Source: Phoronis australis
Taxonomy: Eukaryota > Animalia > Phoronida
NCBI GenBank assembly: GCA_002633005.1
Contig: NMRA01000030.1
Coordinates: 779,491-843,490 of the forward strand
Direction: 5' to 3'
DNA: 64,000 bases
The position numbers were made by a program, and so were the translations under genes. This document shows, in pieces, positions 12,679 to 24,242 of the stretch (positions within the stretch are counted from its first letter, which is position 1; each line of letters begins with the position of its first letter). The notes under the pieces were generated by a model that was not told the DNA's origin, did not search any database, and saw nothing but the letters and a program-made list of their open reading frames with translations.

Positions 12679-15274
12679 GACCAAACTCGAGGAGATCAGT
12701 TGAGTTTTGACTAGTGCAAAACAAAGCTTCCTAGTGCAGACGCTTGCCAAAAATTATCGAAATAGTTTGCCGAAGTTAGGTAGTTAAAATTATTTGAAAT
12801 CTGGTTTAACAGAGTTAAGTAAAGAGTAACAGCTGAAAATCAGTGCAGTTACAAGTTCAAAATGGTAGCCTCCACCAAAGAATTTTATTACACATCAGGC
12901 CTTATATTGAACAATATACCCTCAAACCCATCACAAGCCTTATATTGAACAATAGACCCTCAGACCCATCATGCAGAAATCGCAAGGCATTATATCCTAT
13001 TACAACGGCTAATATTTGTCATTTAATTTCAACTCTAAACGACAATGTTTTCCAAATCCAAATATCAATCTAGTCCATTTTAAGACGTTTGCGCAGTCTT
13101 TTGTCCCACGGCCTGACTTAATATTTCCCAAGATGTCTACATTAGGGTGAACCCGTCATTCCTTATTGAAATACTCAGCTCAACAAACTGAATCTAATCA
13201 CATGGCTAATTTTTATCATATTTGAATTTTTATCATATTTGTTCAGGTTGAATGACCTAAGCCCAACTTTTTGCAAGCAATTCAATTTCAGTATAGCAAA
13301 TAGTTTCAGTAAAGGAAGTTATAATGATAATAATAATAATACCAAACAGCTTGGCAGAGTTGAAAGGCAGAAAACGTTTGGCAGAGTTTGCCAGTATAGA
13401 CTGGAGATGATTTCTTTTGTAAAATGCCCCCCCCNCCCCCCCCCCCCCCCGAAGTGGATGGCTTCCCATAATTCATTTGTTTGCTTTGGAAGATGGTCTG
13501 GAAAGGAATTGGAATGTCATGACAACAGTCATTAAGATTGAAGGAACAACATAAATTTTGTAGCTATTGCCAAGTATAGTGCATTTAGCTGTCACCTAGT
13601 GATGAGTGATGAATGTTATAATTTTGTCAGTCATGGTCCTAGGTAAGCCAGTAGTGGAGTAACAACTGGTTGCCTGTCACTTGTTTATCTTCATTCAAAC
13701 TGAGGGATGTGGACCATGCTTGGATAGTGAATTTCATTCACATCCTGCATAACTGACTTGCCAGTTGAGATGAATAAAACATGATTGTGTTAACAGCCTG
13801 GATACTAATATGACTAGAGTAAGCAATACATGCTTTCAGTGTTGTAACTCAGTTTTATTGTCTGGTTGTGCGTAAATGTTGACCCCTGCTGGTTTATTAC
13901 AGCCATCTTAGGATTACGAGGAATAGTTTTGCAGAGAGTTGTGAATGAGCTCTGGAAAACAGATTCATGAACTTTGCCGTTGCAGTGCCACCGCATCCGT
14001 TAGTCATGTAGCTTCAAATGGCAATGAGAACTGGTCGCCAGGGGTTCCCCTAGAGGCCAAAAGAAATTAATGTTTGCTCTTTAGCGCAAAATCTGAATTA
14101 CCACTGGTTGTTGACTGACGTAATGCTCTGTTGAAGGATGCTATGGCAGCAATTATCAACAGAGCCCAAGATAAGCCCTTGTATTTGTGTTTCCTACTGG
14201 TCATGCAAGCTTTGTTACACTTAGCTCTTGCCTGTACTTTTTGTTGTCCATTTTCAAACGTCAGGAGTCTATGAAGTAAAGATAATGAGCCAGCATAGCT
14301 AATGTAAATCAAACTGCCATCAGCAATTGTTAACTAGATTTATAAGTATGCCCATATCAGGGTATTGAATGTCATCCCATGCAGGAAAGTGCATGTAACA
14401 GACATACTTAAGGGAAGTGCCCCTTCCTCAGCTGTAGCAGTAGCAGTAGCAGAACAGTTCAACAACTATTGCCACCTGCAGGTTGTGGCTAAAACAGTAG
14501 ACTCAGCAATTTGGACTGTAAATGTAATGTTAAACTCAGGTAGATGAGTCTATCTATGTAGAGACATTTTAATAGAATGCACATGGTGGGCCATGTGGTG
14601 CAAGCTAAATAAATTAATGAAAAATAAATTAATGAAACCAATTAATTGAATTGCTGGCATATCTCTGCAACTGTACTTCCCTTTTGGAAAAAGTTATTTG
14701 TGAAGTCTGCTTACAACCATCCTGTAGGCTTTGTCATTATGGTAACTATAGTCTTTGTCTTTATGGTAACTGTTGAAAAAGAAAGCATGAATTTTCTTGA
14801 AACGCTGGTATTTTATTGTTGTCTCTTAAAGCCAACAGTAAAACCTTGTATTTACTGTGATATTAATTATACTTTTGTTGTATCCAATGAATCAGCTGTG
14901 AATATTTTCCCAAAACCCAGACAATGATCACTGTGTAAACATTTACATTGGTCCTCCCCCATATATATTTGGCCTCATAACACAGTGGTATATTTAGGCA
15001 TCAAATGTACCTTTAATATCACGTGTGTATGTGAAAACATACAGGAAATGCTGGTCCTTTATTGATTACCACTAAATTAGATCCTTGACAGTTATTAATC
15101 TGGCCTTGTTAAACCCTTGGTTTCATTAAGCTAGCTGGTTAGAGTGTCTGGTACATTTTTACAGTTTAAAGGTGTAAATAGTTGATGGCCATGTCAAGTT
15201 TTCTGATCATAAGAAGTAGTTTGTGAACCTGTGAACCTTCAAAGTCTTCTGCGTTGGTAATTGGGCAGGTATAA

Positions 15275-15485
15275 CAGTGGCGGATTTAGGGGGGGNGGGG
15301 GGCAATAAACAATGCATAGGCCTGAACAAACCCCGTTTGCCTTTTTTTTAGTCAACAGGTCTGCAATCCTAAAAATTCGAGACTCCTGCATCCCCATGCT
15401 TTAGGCTAGGCGGGCGCGTCTGCCAAAATGTTGGTTATTCCTGTGCCCTGGCCCCCCCTAACTCAAAATCCTGGATCTGCCCCTG
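15275..15485. mobile_element. Small MITE with CAG(T/G)GGCGGAT-type termini (hAT-like)
   Basis: Left CAGTGGCGGATTTAGG, right CCTGGATCTGCCCCTG (imperfect TIR). Flanks TATAA/GATAA may be a 5-bp TSD with one mismatch. Confidence 0.5.
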
Positions 15486-15827
15486 GATAATTTAAGGATG
15501 GTACCCTCTGGCATTAATGCATAAATATGTATTGACAGACTGTGATTGCCTAACTGAAGCGAACGGGCGCATTGAAGTTGTGTCGCAATCGCACTTTATT
15601 TGGTCTTGAATGTGGTATATTGCATTCAGATTTTAAAACAGTGGCAACCCAGAGCAGCTGATCAAAAATAATACACTGGCAAAACATGTTCACGTATTGT
15701 GAAAATACACACCAAACTGTCAATTCACCCACTCGGTTAAACTAAAATGCAGTTAAGCTGTTTTGAGCAATCATTACTGGCATAACCTACTGAGGTAGCA
15801 AACAACATCACTGTGTGCTCAGTCTTA

Positions 15828-18275
15828 CCGTAAACGTTCGGGTTAACGCCCTGGGCGGTTAAACTGGCAAACCCAAAAAATTGGGGGTGGGCGGTTAACC
15901 AGACATGGGCGCTTAAACGTGAAATTTCAAGAAATCCAGGGTGGGCGGTTAACCGAACATGGGCGCTTATTACGACAGGCAACCGCCCTGGGCGGTTAAT
16001 CTTACCTCGTGATCTAAGTCCCCACACCACACACGCACTCGGAACGCGTAGCTCTTTTCAAAGAGGGTTATCGTCACGTCGCCACATGACGGGGAAAATG
16101 TCATAACAGCGGATGATCCCAACAAAGGTTCTCTTGCCCTCAGATTAGTTATTCACTCTATTAAATTTACAGAATTGCTGAGTAATAGCCCCGTGCCGTC
16201 CCGCGGTCTTGTTACTTTTCCCTGCGCAGCGCAGACGACCAGAGACCACGCAGCCTCTACTTGGATTGCAAATATTTCAACACGTGACCTTGCTTAAGTG
16301 CCCGTGTGCAAGCTTCACTTGTTGCAGAGGTCACAGCAGACATCAAATTTATGGTTACAGTCTCGTACTAGCTTCCAAGTTCATAGTCAGAGAGCAGTTT
16401 TAAAATTAGTTGTAATAAAAGTTTGATAAACTTAACTCAGATGTTTTTTGTGTTTGGGATGTCGACACTCCGTGACTCAATGACATTTTCAGCGTATGGT
16501 TCTGCGGCTAGCTTTTTTATCTCGACCGCCCGGCATTGCTCACTTGCCGTTGTGCCAAACATGCTCGGCAAAGAAGTAGGCCTAAGACAAGAATCGGGGT
16601 GAGCCACTCGTCAATCAACAATAAAATTTCGAGCCACGGCATAAATATGTGATAAAACGCCACAAAACAGCGATGTTTCAATTCATTCTTAAACGATCAC
16701 CTTACCAAACTTCGTGGTGGAAAAACATTTATTTTTCATGCAGGATGTCCAGATTATCCTATTTATATCACTTGCAAAATCGCATTGCGGCACTGTTCGG
16801 TCAGGCTGTTAGCGCGCAATGTCTCAGTCGGCTGACAATCGTGATTTATAAATGCCGTCAAGTAATATAACGGCCTCTTTCGATATATGCACCTCGTTTT
16901 TTTATGGCAAAAGATAGCGGCGGGATTCAGCACGCACGTAGGGCCTACGTGTGAGTCACCTGTCAATCACATGTTGGTGTCAAGGTAACATGCACTCCAA
17001 AGTGTGGGAACTTGCGCACGTGCACCACAACAAAGTCGCCAAAGAGAATAGCGACAGTCCTAAGTATCAAAAACGGGCGTGACTATGTACTTTTAAGCTG
17101 TTGCTACAAAAGACCCAATTCTTTACGATGTTCCTCCATTGCCAATGTTCCCCAAAACTGCGATGTCAAGTCAATTCCGATATTTCCCGGCTCGATGTTC
17201 CCTAAGCCCATGCCCGTAGCTAGCTGCGTGCATCTCTTACCCACTATCGCCAATTTTCAGTCAGTCTACGTCGTAGATATTTCAGACTAGAATGGTAAGA
17301 ATTTTTGTTCAGGCTGAAACTGGCCAATGTATAAACAAAATTATTCTGGATGGCTAAAAAGGGGATGTGGAAACGATAATTCACACAGTCACGCTTACGT
17401 GGGGGCTGACGCAAGAAATAGTAAACAGCCAGCGACATTAGTTAAATCTGCTAACGCCAGTTTGACTGAGATGCAATACGCGAAAAACAAAATTTGACTA
17501 GCAGTTTTTTATTACCTCAAGATCATACACAAACATACATTATTGTCAACCTTTGAATTCAGAAATCGATAGGCAGCAACGAAATCGGTAACCCAGTAAG
17601 GCACTTGTACTGTCCCTTCGATCGCCACACATCCTCTATAACCCGGCAGTTACATTCATCAAAATATTGAGAATTTGACATCTTTCCGTGAGTTGTGCGA
17701 TTTGTTCAAAATACGAGAGCTTCCCACCTTAATAGAATTTGGAGGGTTGGCAAAACCATGGTCACATTTCTCTGGCCTGATTTTTTCGAATATATGTTTT
17801 ATCTTGTGCACTACAGATGGAAACTCAGCGCGGCAGACAAAGTCGCTGAAAGCGGAGGTTTTGACGCCGGCGGCGTTCTTAAACTTTGCAAACATGGGAA
17901 GAAAATAAAGTGACAAAAACGTTCAAGTATTATATTTTGAAGTGAGTCCATGACCCAAGACAATAACTCGTTACTTGAATTGTAATTCACATTGCTAAAC
18001 CACCGTCTCGGAAGCCCGGCGTCGTTGCGCTCTTTGTGATCATCGATCTTTTTCTTAAAGTCGGGAAATCGCACGTTTCCTTAGCACTGGGCGCTAAATC
18101 TTCATTCTTTAAAAGTGGGGGATGGGCGCTTAACCGAGAGGTGGGCGCTTAACTGGAAATCTTCAAAGATCGCAGGGGGGCGCTTAACCGAGCAGTGGGC
18201 AGTTAAATCGAAAATCCACCTAAAGTAGGGGGTGGGCGGTTAACTGAGCATGGGCGTTTACCCAAACGTTTACGG
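15828..18275 (-). mobile_element. Non-autonomous pogo/Tc1-mariner-type element, family A, copy 2 (~2.45 kb, inverted relative to copies 1 and 3)
   Basis: TA|CCGTAAACGTTCGGGTTAACGCCC ... GGGCGTTTACCCAAACGTTTACGG|TA. Its reverse complement is collinear with copy 3 once the two nested inserts are removed. Confidence 0.9.
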
Positions 18276-20503
18276 TAAAAACAAATCAAAAGAAATTGCT
18301 AATACCACCGACCCCATGCAAGTTGTCCTGTAGATTTGAGGCCTTGCGCTCAATTGACTCTTAGCCATGTTTATCTGAAATAATCTTGATTAAGTCAAGC
18401 TGAAGTGCTCAAACTTTAAACATGAAGAAATCAAGCTAGCAGTGTCCAGTCTTCTTATTGAACCAATCAATGAACTTCATGGAGCATGGTGTTGTTGTGT
18501 GCAAAATGGTATCTGTATGAAAAAAATCTAAATAAAACATTACAGCCAAAACAGGGGTTTTCAAAGATGGAGTTGAGTAGGGCTTTATGGGTGTAAAGAA
18601 CATGAGAGTTGTCGAAAATTTTTAATCTTGGTAAATTAATTTTTATAATAGTTTCTATTTCTTGTAATCAGGTCTAGTTAATAATTTCTGTAATAAAAAT
18701 GTTAATTCATTCAAATAAAATCAAAAATAAAATTAGATAGTAATCACTTTCAGGGGTCCTGGATTTTGATAATCAGTTTGGTGTTCATTATTCAATGAAG
18801 AAAACTTATTCTCAAAATGTGACTATAATCAAATATTCAGTGTTTGTTTGAGGATACTGTTCTTGCCTTGTGTCAAGTGTTAATGAAGTAGACACACTGT
18901 TCAATAGTTAGAATAGACAGTTACAAGCAAATGTGCGTTTGCTGTGGTTGCCGTTTTAATCTTAAGTCAATTTTTTCTTGTGTCTATATTGCATTAAAAC
19001 ATCTGGGTTTGATTCTTTGTGTCTTGTGGAATACCTGAGCCATGTTCAATAATCCAGACCTGCTTAGTACACATGGGTTTACTTAGTGACATCCTACCAC
19101 CAGATGGCACAGTGACTTGAACATTGTCATTCTACTGTGATTTGTTAATCAAACCAATGCCACTCTTTTGTCTTGGAGGGCTTTAAAGTTTGGGCAATGA
19201 TTGCAACATTTTTGTAGGCTCTCAATCTTTTTAAGTAAATTGCAGTAAAAAGTCCAAAAGCAAACAAGTCCTAAATTACGTAAGACTGCTTGTCATTAAA
19301 GAAACTAACCTTTAATTTGTACATTTGTTGCATTAAAACTGGTCTCAACTTGCACTGGTCATAAATGTGTATTTTGTGAATCTAGTAGTCTAGTTAGATA
19401 CTTGTCAGTCCTTTAGAATGCCTTTGTTGTCTTGACCTTGATTCACTGTTTTGAAACACGTGCTCAAAATTTAGCACTTTTTAATGGAAGTGACTTGATA
19501 TTTAACCAAGCAAAAATGAAAAAAAAAGTTTTGCCAAACCAGTGTATTATTCTTAAGAAACTGTTCCAAAAATTGGAGTAGTACTTACAAGATGGGCATT
19601 GTACCAGCAACCTGCCAGCTCCATTTGAATAAAATTGGTTTAATTGAAATGCATATTTCCTGCAAGTGAAGCGAACATTTAGATTTTTTTAAATTAGCAT
19701 TGCAGTTTACTCAAGTGTTCAGTATAGTTTTCTCTTCTGCTTTACAAGAAGTAGTAAGCTGCTCGTTAATAAATTTGACAAAATAGTATTACAGGAAGTG
19801 TGCGGCGTGCGACTACTGAACAGGTTAATTTATTGTTTCCCTGAAATTCAGCACAAATAGAGCAGGTCTTGCTGTCAAAAAATGTTGCATTGTGGTATTT
19901 TTTTGAGGATTAATTCACTGATGGTTACAGTACTTATGTTAAAATTATCCTCTTTGGAATAGTTTCTAAAATTTGTTGTGTTAAAGTTTCCTAAAATTCA
20001 GACAAAAATAATTGCTAAAATCTTCAATTTCTGTCTTTCAAAACCTGTTTTGTTAAACATGCTTAAAGTTCACTGTGTGCAGTTGTACAATGTAAAGTTT
20101 GGAAATGGTGATGCAAAAATTTTTTCCTATTTACTTTTGTTGAAAATTTTGTTAATATTCTAACATATTGTGTTCGAAATTGAAGAAACTTCATGGCACA
20201 CTGATATTTTTAAGTCAAAATTAAATTTTCTTGATTCTGAAGAGTGGGATTAGGGGTAGTGTTGGCATTCATCATGTTCCTATGATATCAGATATTGCAT
20301 TTTGTATCAAAAAAGTCTAAGACGAAATCATGAAGAAAGCTGCCTACGTAAATGTGTCTGTCGTAATACTTAAATTTTAGACTACCCATATAGCCTATAA
20401 TTTCTAAAATTTGTCTCAAGCTCTTGTCTTGAGAAAAATAATTTCTCGCTCTTTCAAAACTGGAGATCTTTTTTTCGTAAATCAAATCTATCATACATGT
20501 TCA

Positions 20504-21240
20504 TTAAAAGGGGACTGTAGTCAAAATAATGTTGCAGTTAATCGGTTCTAACATACAAATAAAACTCACATTTGCCTGACTTGCGTGCCAAACAAAAGCC
20601 AATTCGTATTCATGGTCAAAACACTGAATTCTGAAAGCGATCGCTGATTGGCTGATGTGTCAGTGACGTGAACGGCGGGGTATCGGCTGCTATACACATT
20701 CAGTGCTTGTGTCATATTTGAAGAGTTTACATCGTAATTTATCATTGTATCAATCGTCCTTATTTTTATTGTTTGCTACAGTGCTGTAAAAGGTTCGCTA
20801 TGCCTTTTTGTATGGCACCTGGTTGCTCAAACTTTTCGAAAAAGGCATCTTCTAAAGGGATGGTCATCGCATACCATCGCCGGGTTACCCAAGCCTTGGC
20901 CCAAAGCTCAGTGTATACTAGATATAGGCCTACAGGTTTAAGCCGATATGGGTAAAAATGAACAAATAAAACCTGACTCAAATAAATGTCATTAAAACTA
21001 AGTCATCCTTGAGTAAACATAGGAACCAGGTTCCTAGAGTAAACTAACTTCTAAATTTATCGGTGTTGGAAATGTTAGCGATCGTTCATCGGCTGCTGCT
21101 AGTAAAATTGCGATGTGTTCTCTTTGGCTAGCGCTAGAGCTAGGTATCCACTTAAGAGCAGGTTACTCCTCCTCAAAAATCACAAATAAGTTCTCGCTCC
21201 TTGTGTCACGTTGCCCCATTGCAAATCATGACCACACTAA
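20504..21240 (+). mobile_element. Truncated Kolobok-like fragment with THAP N-terminal remnant
   Basis: TTAA followed by (A)AGGGGACTG, then ATTGG and TGACGT motifs at ~20646-20670. ATG at 20800 reads MPFCMAPGCSNFSKKASSKGMVIAYHR, resembling the THAP start CxxxxCxN...(F/Y)HRFP. No second TIR found; right boundary approximate. Confidence 0.55.
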
Positions 21241-21253
21241 CAGTAAACCGTAC

Positions 21254-21407
21254 AATGATGGTGGTGGTAGTGATGATGGTAATGGTGGTGGTGGTGGTGG
21301 TGATGATGATGGTTTGTGGTGGGTGGTGTTGGTGGTGGTGATGATGATGGTTTGTGGTGGTGGTGGGTGGTGTTGGTGGTGTTGGTGGTGGTGTTGGTGG
21401 TGGTGGT
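21254..21407. repeat. (GGT)n/(GAT)n compound microsatellite
   Basis: Direct read; explains the G/W/V-rich ORF 21113-21436. Confidence 0.95.
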
Positions 21408-21777
21408 CATTGCTGATAAAAACAGATGAGTTGTAAATTGTGCTGGTTTAAGTGACAGCAGTGTCTGCCTGTCATGGCGGTAGCATCAATAGTATAGCAG
21501 CAGTTTAGCAAGTCTGTGTATTGATCAAGCTCTGCTTCTCTAGCTGACCTTTCTGTCTGTTCACTCTGCTTGATGAGAGATAGATGAGTGAAGAGTAATT
21601 CAGAGTCCACTCTCTGCATTATTGGGTTACATCTGACAAGGCTGTGGGTAAGTGGTGAAACTATTCTCTGCATTATTCTCGTGGTGCTGAATGATCTGGG
21701 TTGCTTGCTGATTTGTAAAAATGTTTTATTCCATGTGGGAAGATCCCTGCTTTATAGTTTGAGTCAATTCCGTTTTG

Positions 21778-21881
21778 TTTTGGACCTCACTGTAAACATT
21801 TGGACCTCATTGTAAACATTTGGACCTCATTGTAAACATTTGGACCTCATTGCAAACATTTGGACCTCATTGTAAACATTT
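21778..21881. repeat. 21-bp minisatellite (TTTGGACCTCATTGTAAACAT), ~5 copies
   Basis: Direct tandem repeats. Confidence 0.95.
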
Positions 21882-22305
21882 TCTAGTGCATATGCATTCA
21901 TTGAGGAATGTGTAGGGGTTCATGTTTTGGTTTATTCTCTGAGCGACAAAATGTTCCACATTTGTTTTCTCAGTTTGAAATTATCAGTCTGTATTGTGTT
22001 AAAACATTCTAGTGAAGTGATATAATGTATTGGTTCATTTTTTATAAGTGAGTTCTATGTTCTTTTTCTGATTGTACAATCGTTAATTCTGTGTGTGATA
22101 AAAGTATGCTTACTGTATCACAATTGTTTTATTATCTGGAACATGTTCATTCTGTGCCAAAAGCAAAGTACTTCAAGTGGTGAAAAAAGCTAGTCTATTT
22201 TAAACATGTCGAGTAGTCTCCGATGCATGTTATGACAGTCTCTCGCATTTAACAATATATTCTCATGCATTTCAGATTGAATTTCTTCAAAATTTTTTGA
22301 CATGC

Positions 22306-23733
22306 TTTTTATTCGCCCACATGTGTACGCATTATGCCGTCATCCCCATCCGTCTATCCGTCTGTCCGGCGTCAGTTCGGCGTCCGGCTGACGTCAGTCC
22401 GGCATTCGTCCGGTGTCCGTCTGGCATCCGCTACTCTATTTCCAAAACCCTTTGACGTATGTTCATGAAATTGTGCACATGTGTTCCTTTCTTGGATGGG
22501 ACGGCATGACGAACTTTGGGACGGATCTGAGTGCTGGTGTACCCCCTAGTGGCACTTTTAGTTTTTTACGTGTACCTCTGTACGTTCAAAGGTTCTCAAT
22601 GTATTTTCATTAAATTTGGAGTATAGGCATCTACTGGTGATATGACGCTACCTTTCTGTTTTTGGATGAATTTGATATAGTTTGCGCCACCTAGTGGCCA
22701 TTTTTACGGTTTTTCGAGTGGCATCTACCCCTCTATCAGTTAAACCGCTCTAAGGATGATTGTGAATAGTGGCATGTATGTTCTTACTATGAAGAGGACG
22801 ACTGACGATGAGTTTCTGATGACTGACTACTGTGGCACCTTCTAGTGGCAATTTTGTTTTTTTTTGCACCCATGGCGGTATCTCCTAAACTGTTTGCAGG
22901 ATCTTTTCTAAATTTAGCTAGTGTATTTATATGATGTTGGCGACCAACGACGATGACTTTCGAACGTATCTGACTACAGGTGTGTCCCCTAGTGGCAATT
23001 TCAGTTTTTTACGTTTACCTCTGTGTCTTCAAAAATCCTCAACTTATTTTCATAAAAGTTGGCATATAGGCATCTATTCATGTTTGGTTAGATTTAACGT
23101 ATTTTGCGCCACCTAGCGGCCATTTTTACTGTTTTTGGGGCTGTTTTTTAGCATCCACCCCTCTATCAACCAAACTGCTCTAAGGATGATTGTGAAAATT
23201 GGCATGTATGTTTTTACTATGAAGAGGACGTATTGCGATGATTTTCCGATGACTTCGAGTACTGTGGCGCCTCCTGGTGACAATTTTTTGCACCCATAGG
23301 TGTATCTCCTAAACCGTTTCCAGGATCTTTACTAAATTAGCAAGTGTACTGTTGACAACGAACGACTACTTTCGAACGGATTTGACTAAAGGTGTGCCCC
23401 CTACTCGCAATTTTATTTTTTACGTTTACCTCTGTATCTTTAAAGGTCCTTGGCGGATTTTCATAAAATGTGGAATATACGTATCTATAGGTGAGATGAC
23501 ACTACCATCTCGTTTTTGGATGGACTTAAGGATTTTGCGCCACCTAGTGGCCATTTTTTCGGTAAATAGCTTTCTATTTAAGGATTGATGGCATGTTCCC
23601 GTTTTCGGATGGATTGGACATTTTTGAGCCTTCTAGTGGCCATTTTTATGAAGCAAATAAACAACCCTAGCAGCACACCATTTGCTGTGCATTCGTGGGC
23701 GCATTTCAACACTCCATGTTGCTTTCGTTAGTT
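22306..23733 (+). mobile_element. HINE/DINE-1-like non-autonomous Helentron, same family as 29139-31131
   Basis: TTTTT-ATTCGCCCAC start, CCGTC/CTGTC microsatellite and ~150-bp tandem subunits. 3' GTGGGCGCAT subTIR, then a CAACA...TGTTG hairpin and TAGTT end. Clearly homologous to 29139-31131. Confidence 0.85.
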
Positions 23734-24242
23734 GTCTAATTATCCTGCATCTGGTCCTACTTGTCTGATCATCTTGCATCTAGTTCATCTTGTCTGATTA
23801 TACAACTTGTTGTCTTGTCATCTACATCTGGTTCAACTTGTCTGATCATCTTACATCTGGTCCAAACTGTTGTCTAATCATCTACATCTGGTCTAACTTG
23901 TCTGATTATCTTACATCTGGTCCAACGTGTTGTCTGATCATTTACATCTGGTCCAACTTGTCTGATTATCTTGCATCTGGTTCAACTTGTTGTCTGCTCA
24001 TCTACATCTGGTCCAACTTGCTGTCTGATCATCTTGCATCTGGTTCAACTTGTTGTCTGGTCATCTACATCTGGTCTAACTTGCTGTCTGATTATCTTGC
24101 ATCTGGTCCAACTTTTTGTCTGAACATGTACATCTTGTCCAACTTCTTGTCTGATCATCTTGCATCTGGCCTAACCTTTTTGTCTAATCATCATGTGTCT
24201 TGTCCAACCTGTTGTCTGACAATCTTGCATCTGGTCCAACTT
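23731..24242. repeat. ~27-33-bp minisatellite (TTGTCTGATCATCTTGCATCTGGTCCAAC), ~17 copies
   Basis: Degenerate tandem repeats; explains ORF 23790-24254. Confidence 0.93.

Noticed and set aside
12505-12714. (KLKPVCSC)n peptide resembling a metal-binding repeat
   Set aside because: 24-bp DNA tandem repeat with almost no synonymous variation and a non-ATG start.
13426-13450. Poly-C tract containing N (also poly-G with N at ~15297)
   Set aside because: Homopolymer with an ambiguous base call; a sequencing/assembly limitation.
17659-18074. ORFs recurring in several family A copies (e.g. FEKIRPEKC...) as a possible transposase
   Set aside because: Short, frames not conserved between copies, and no HTH or DDE motif recognisable.
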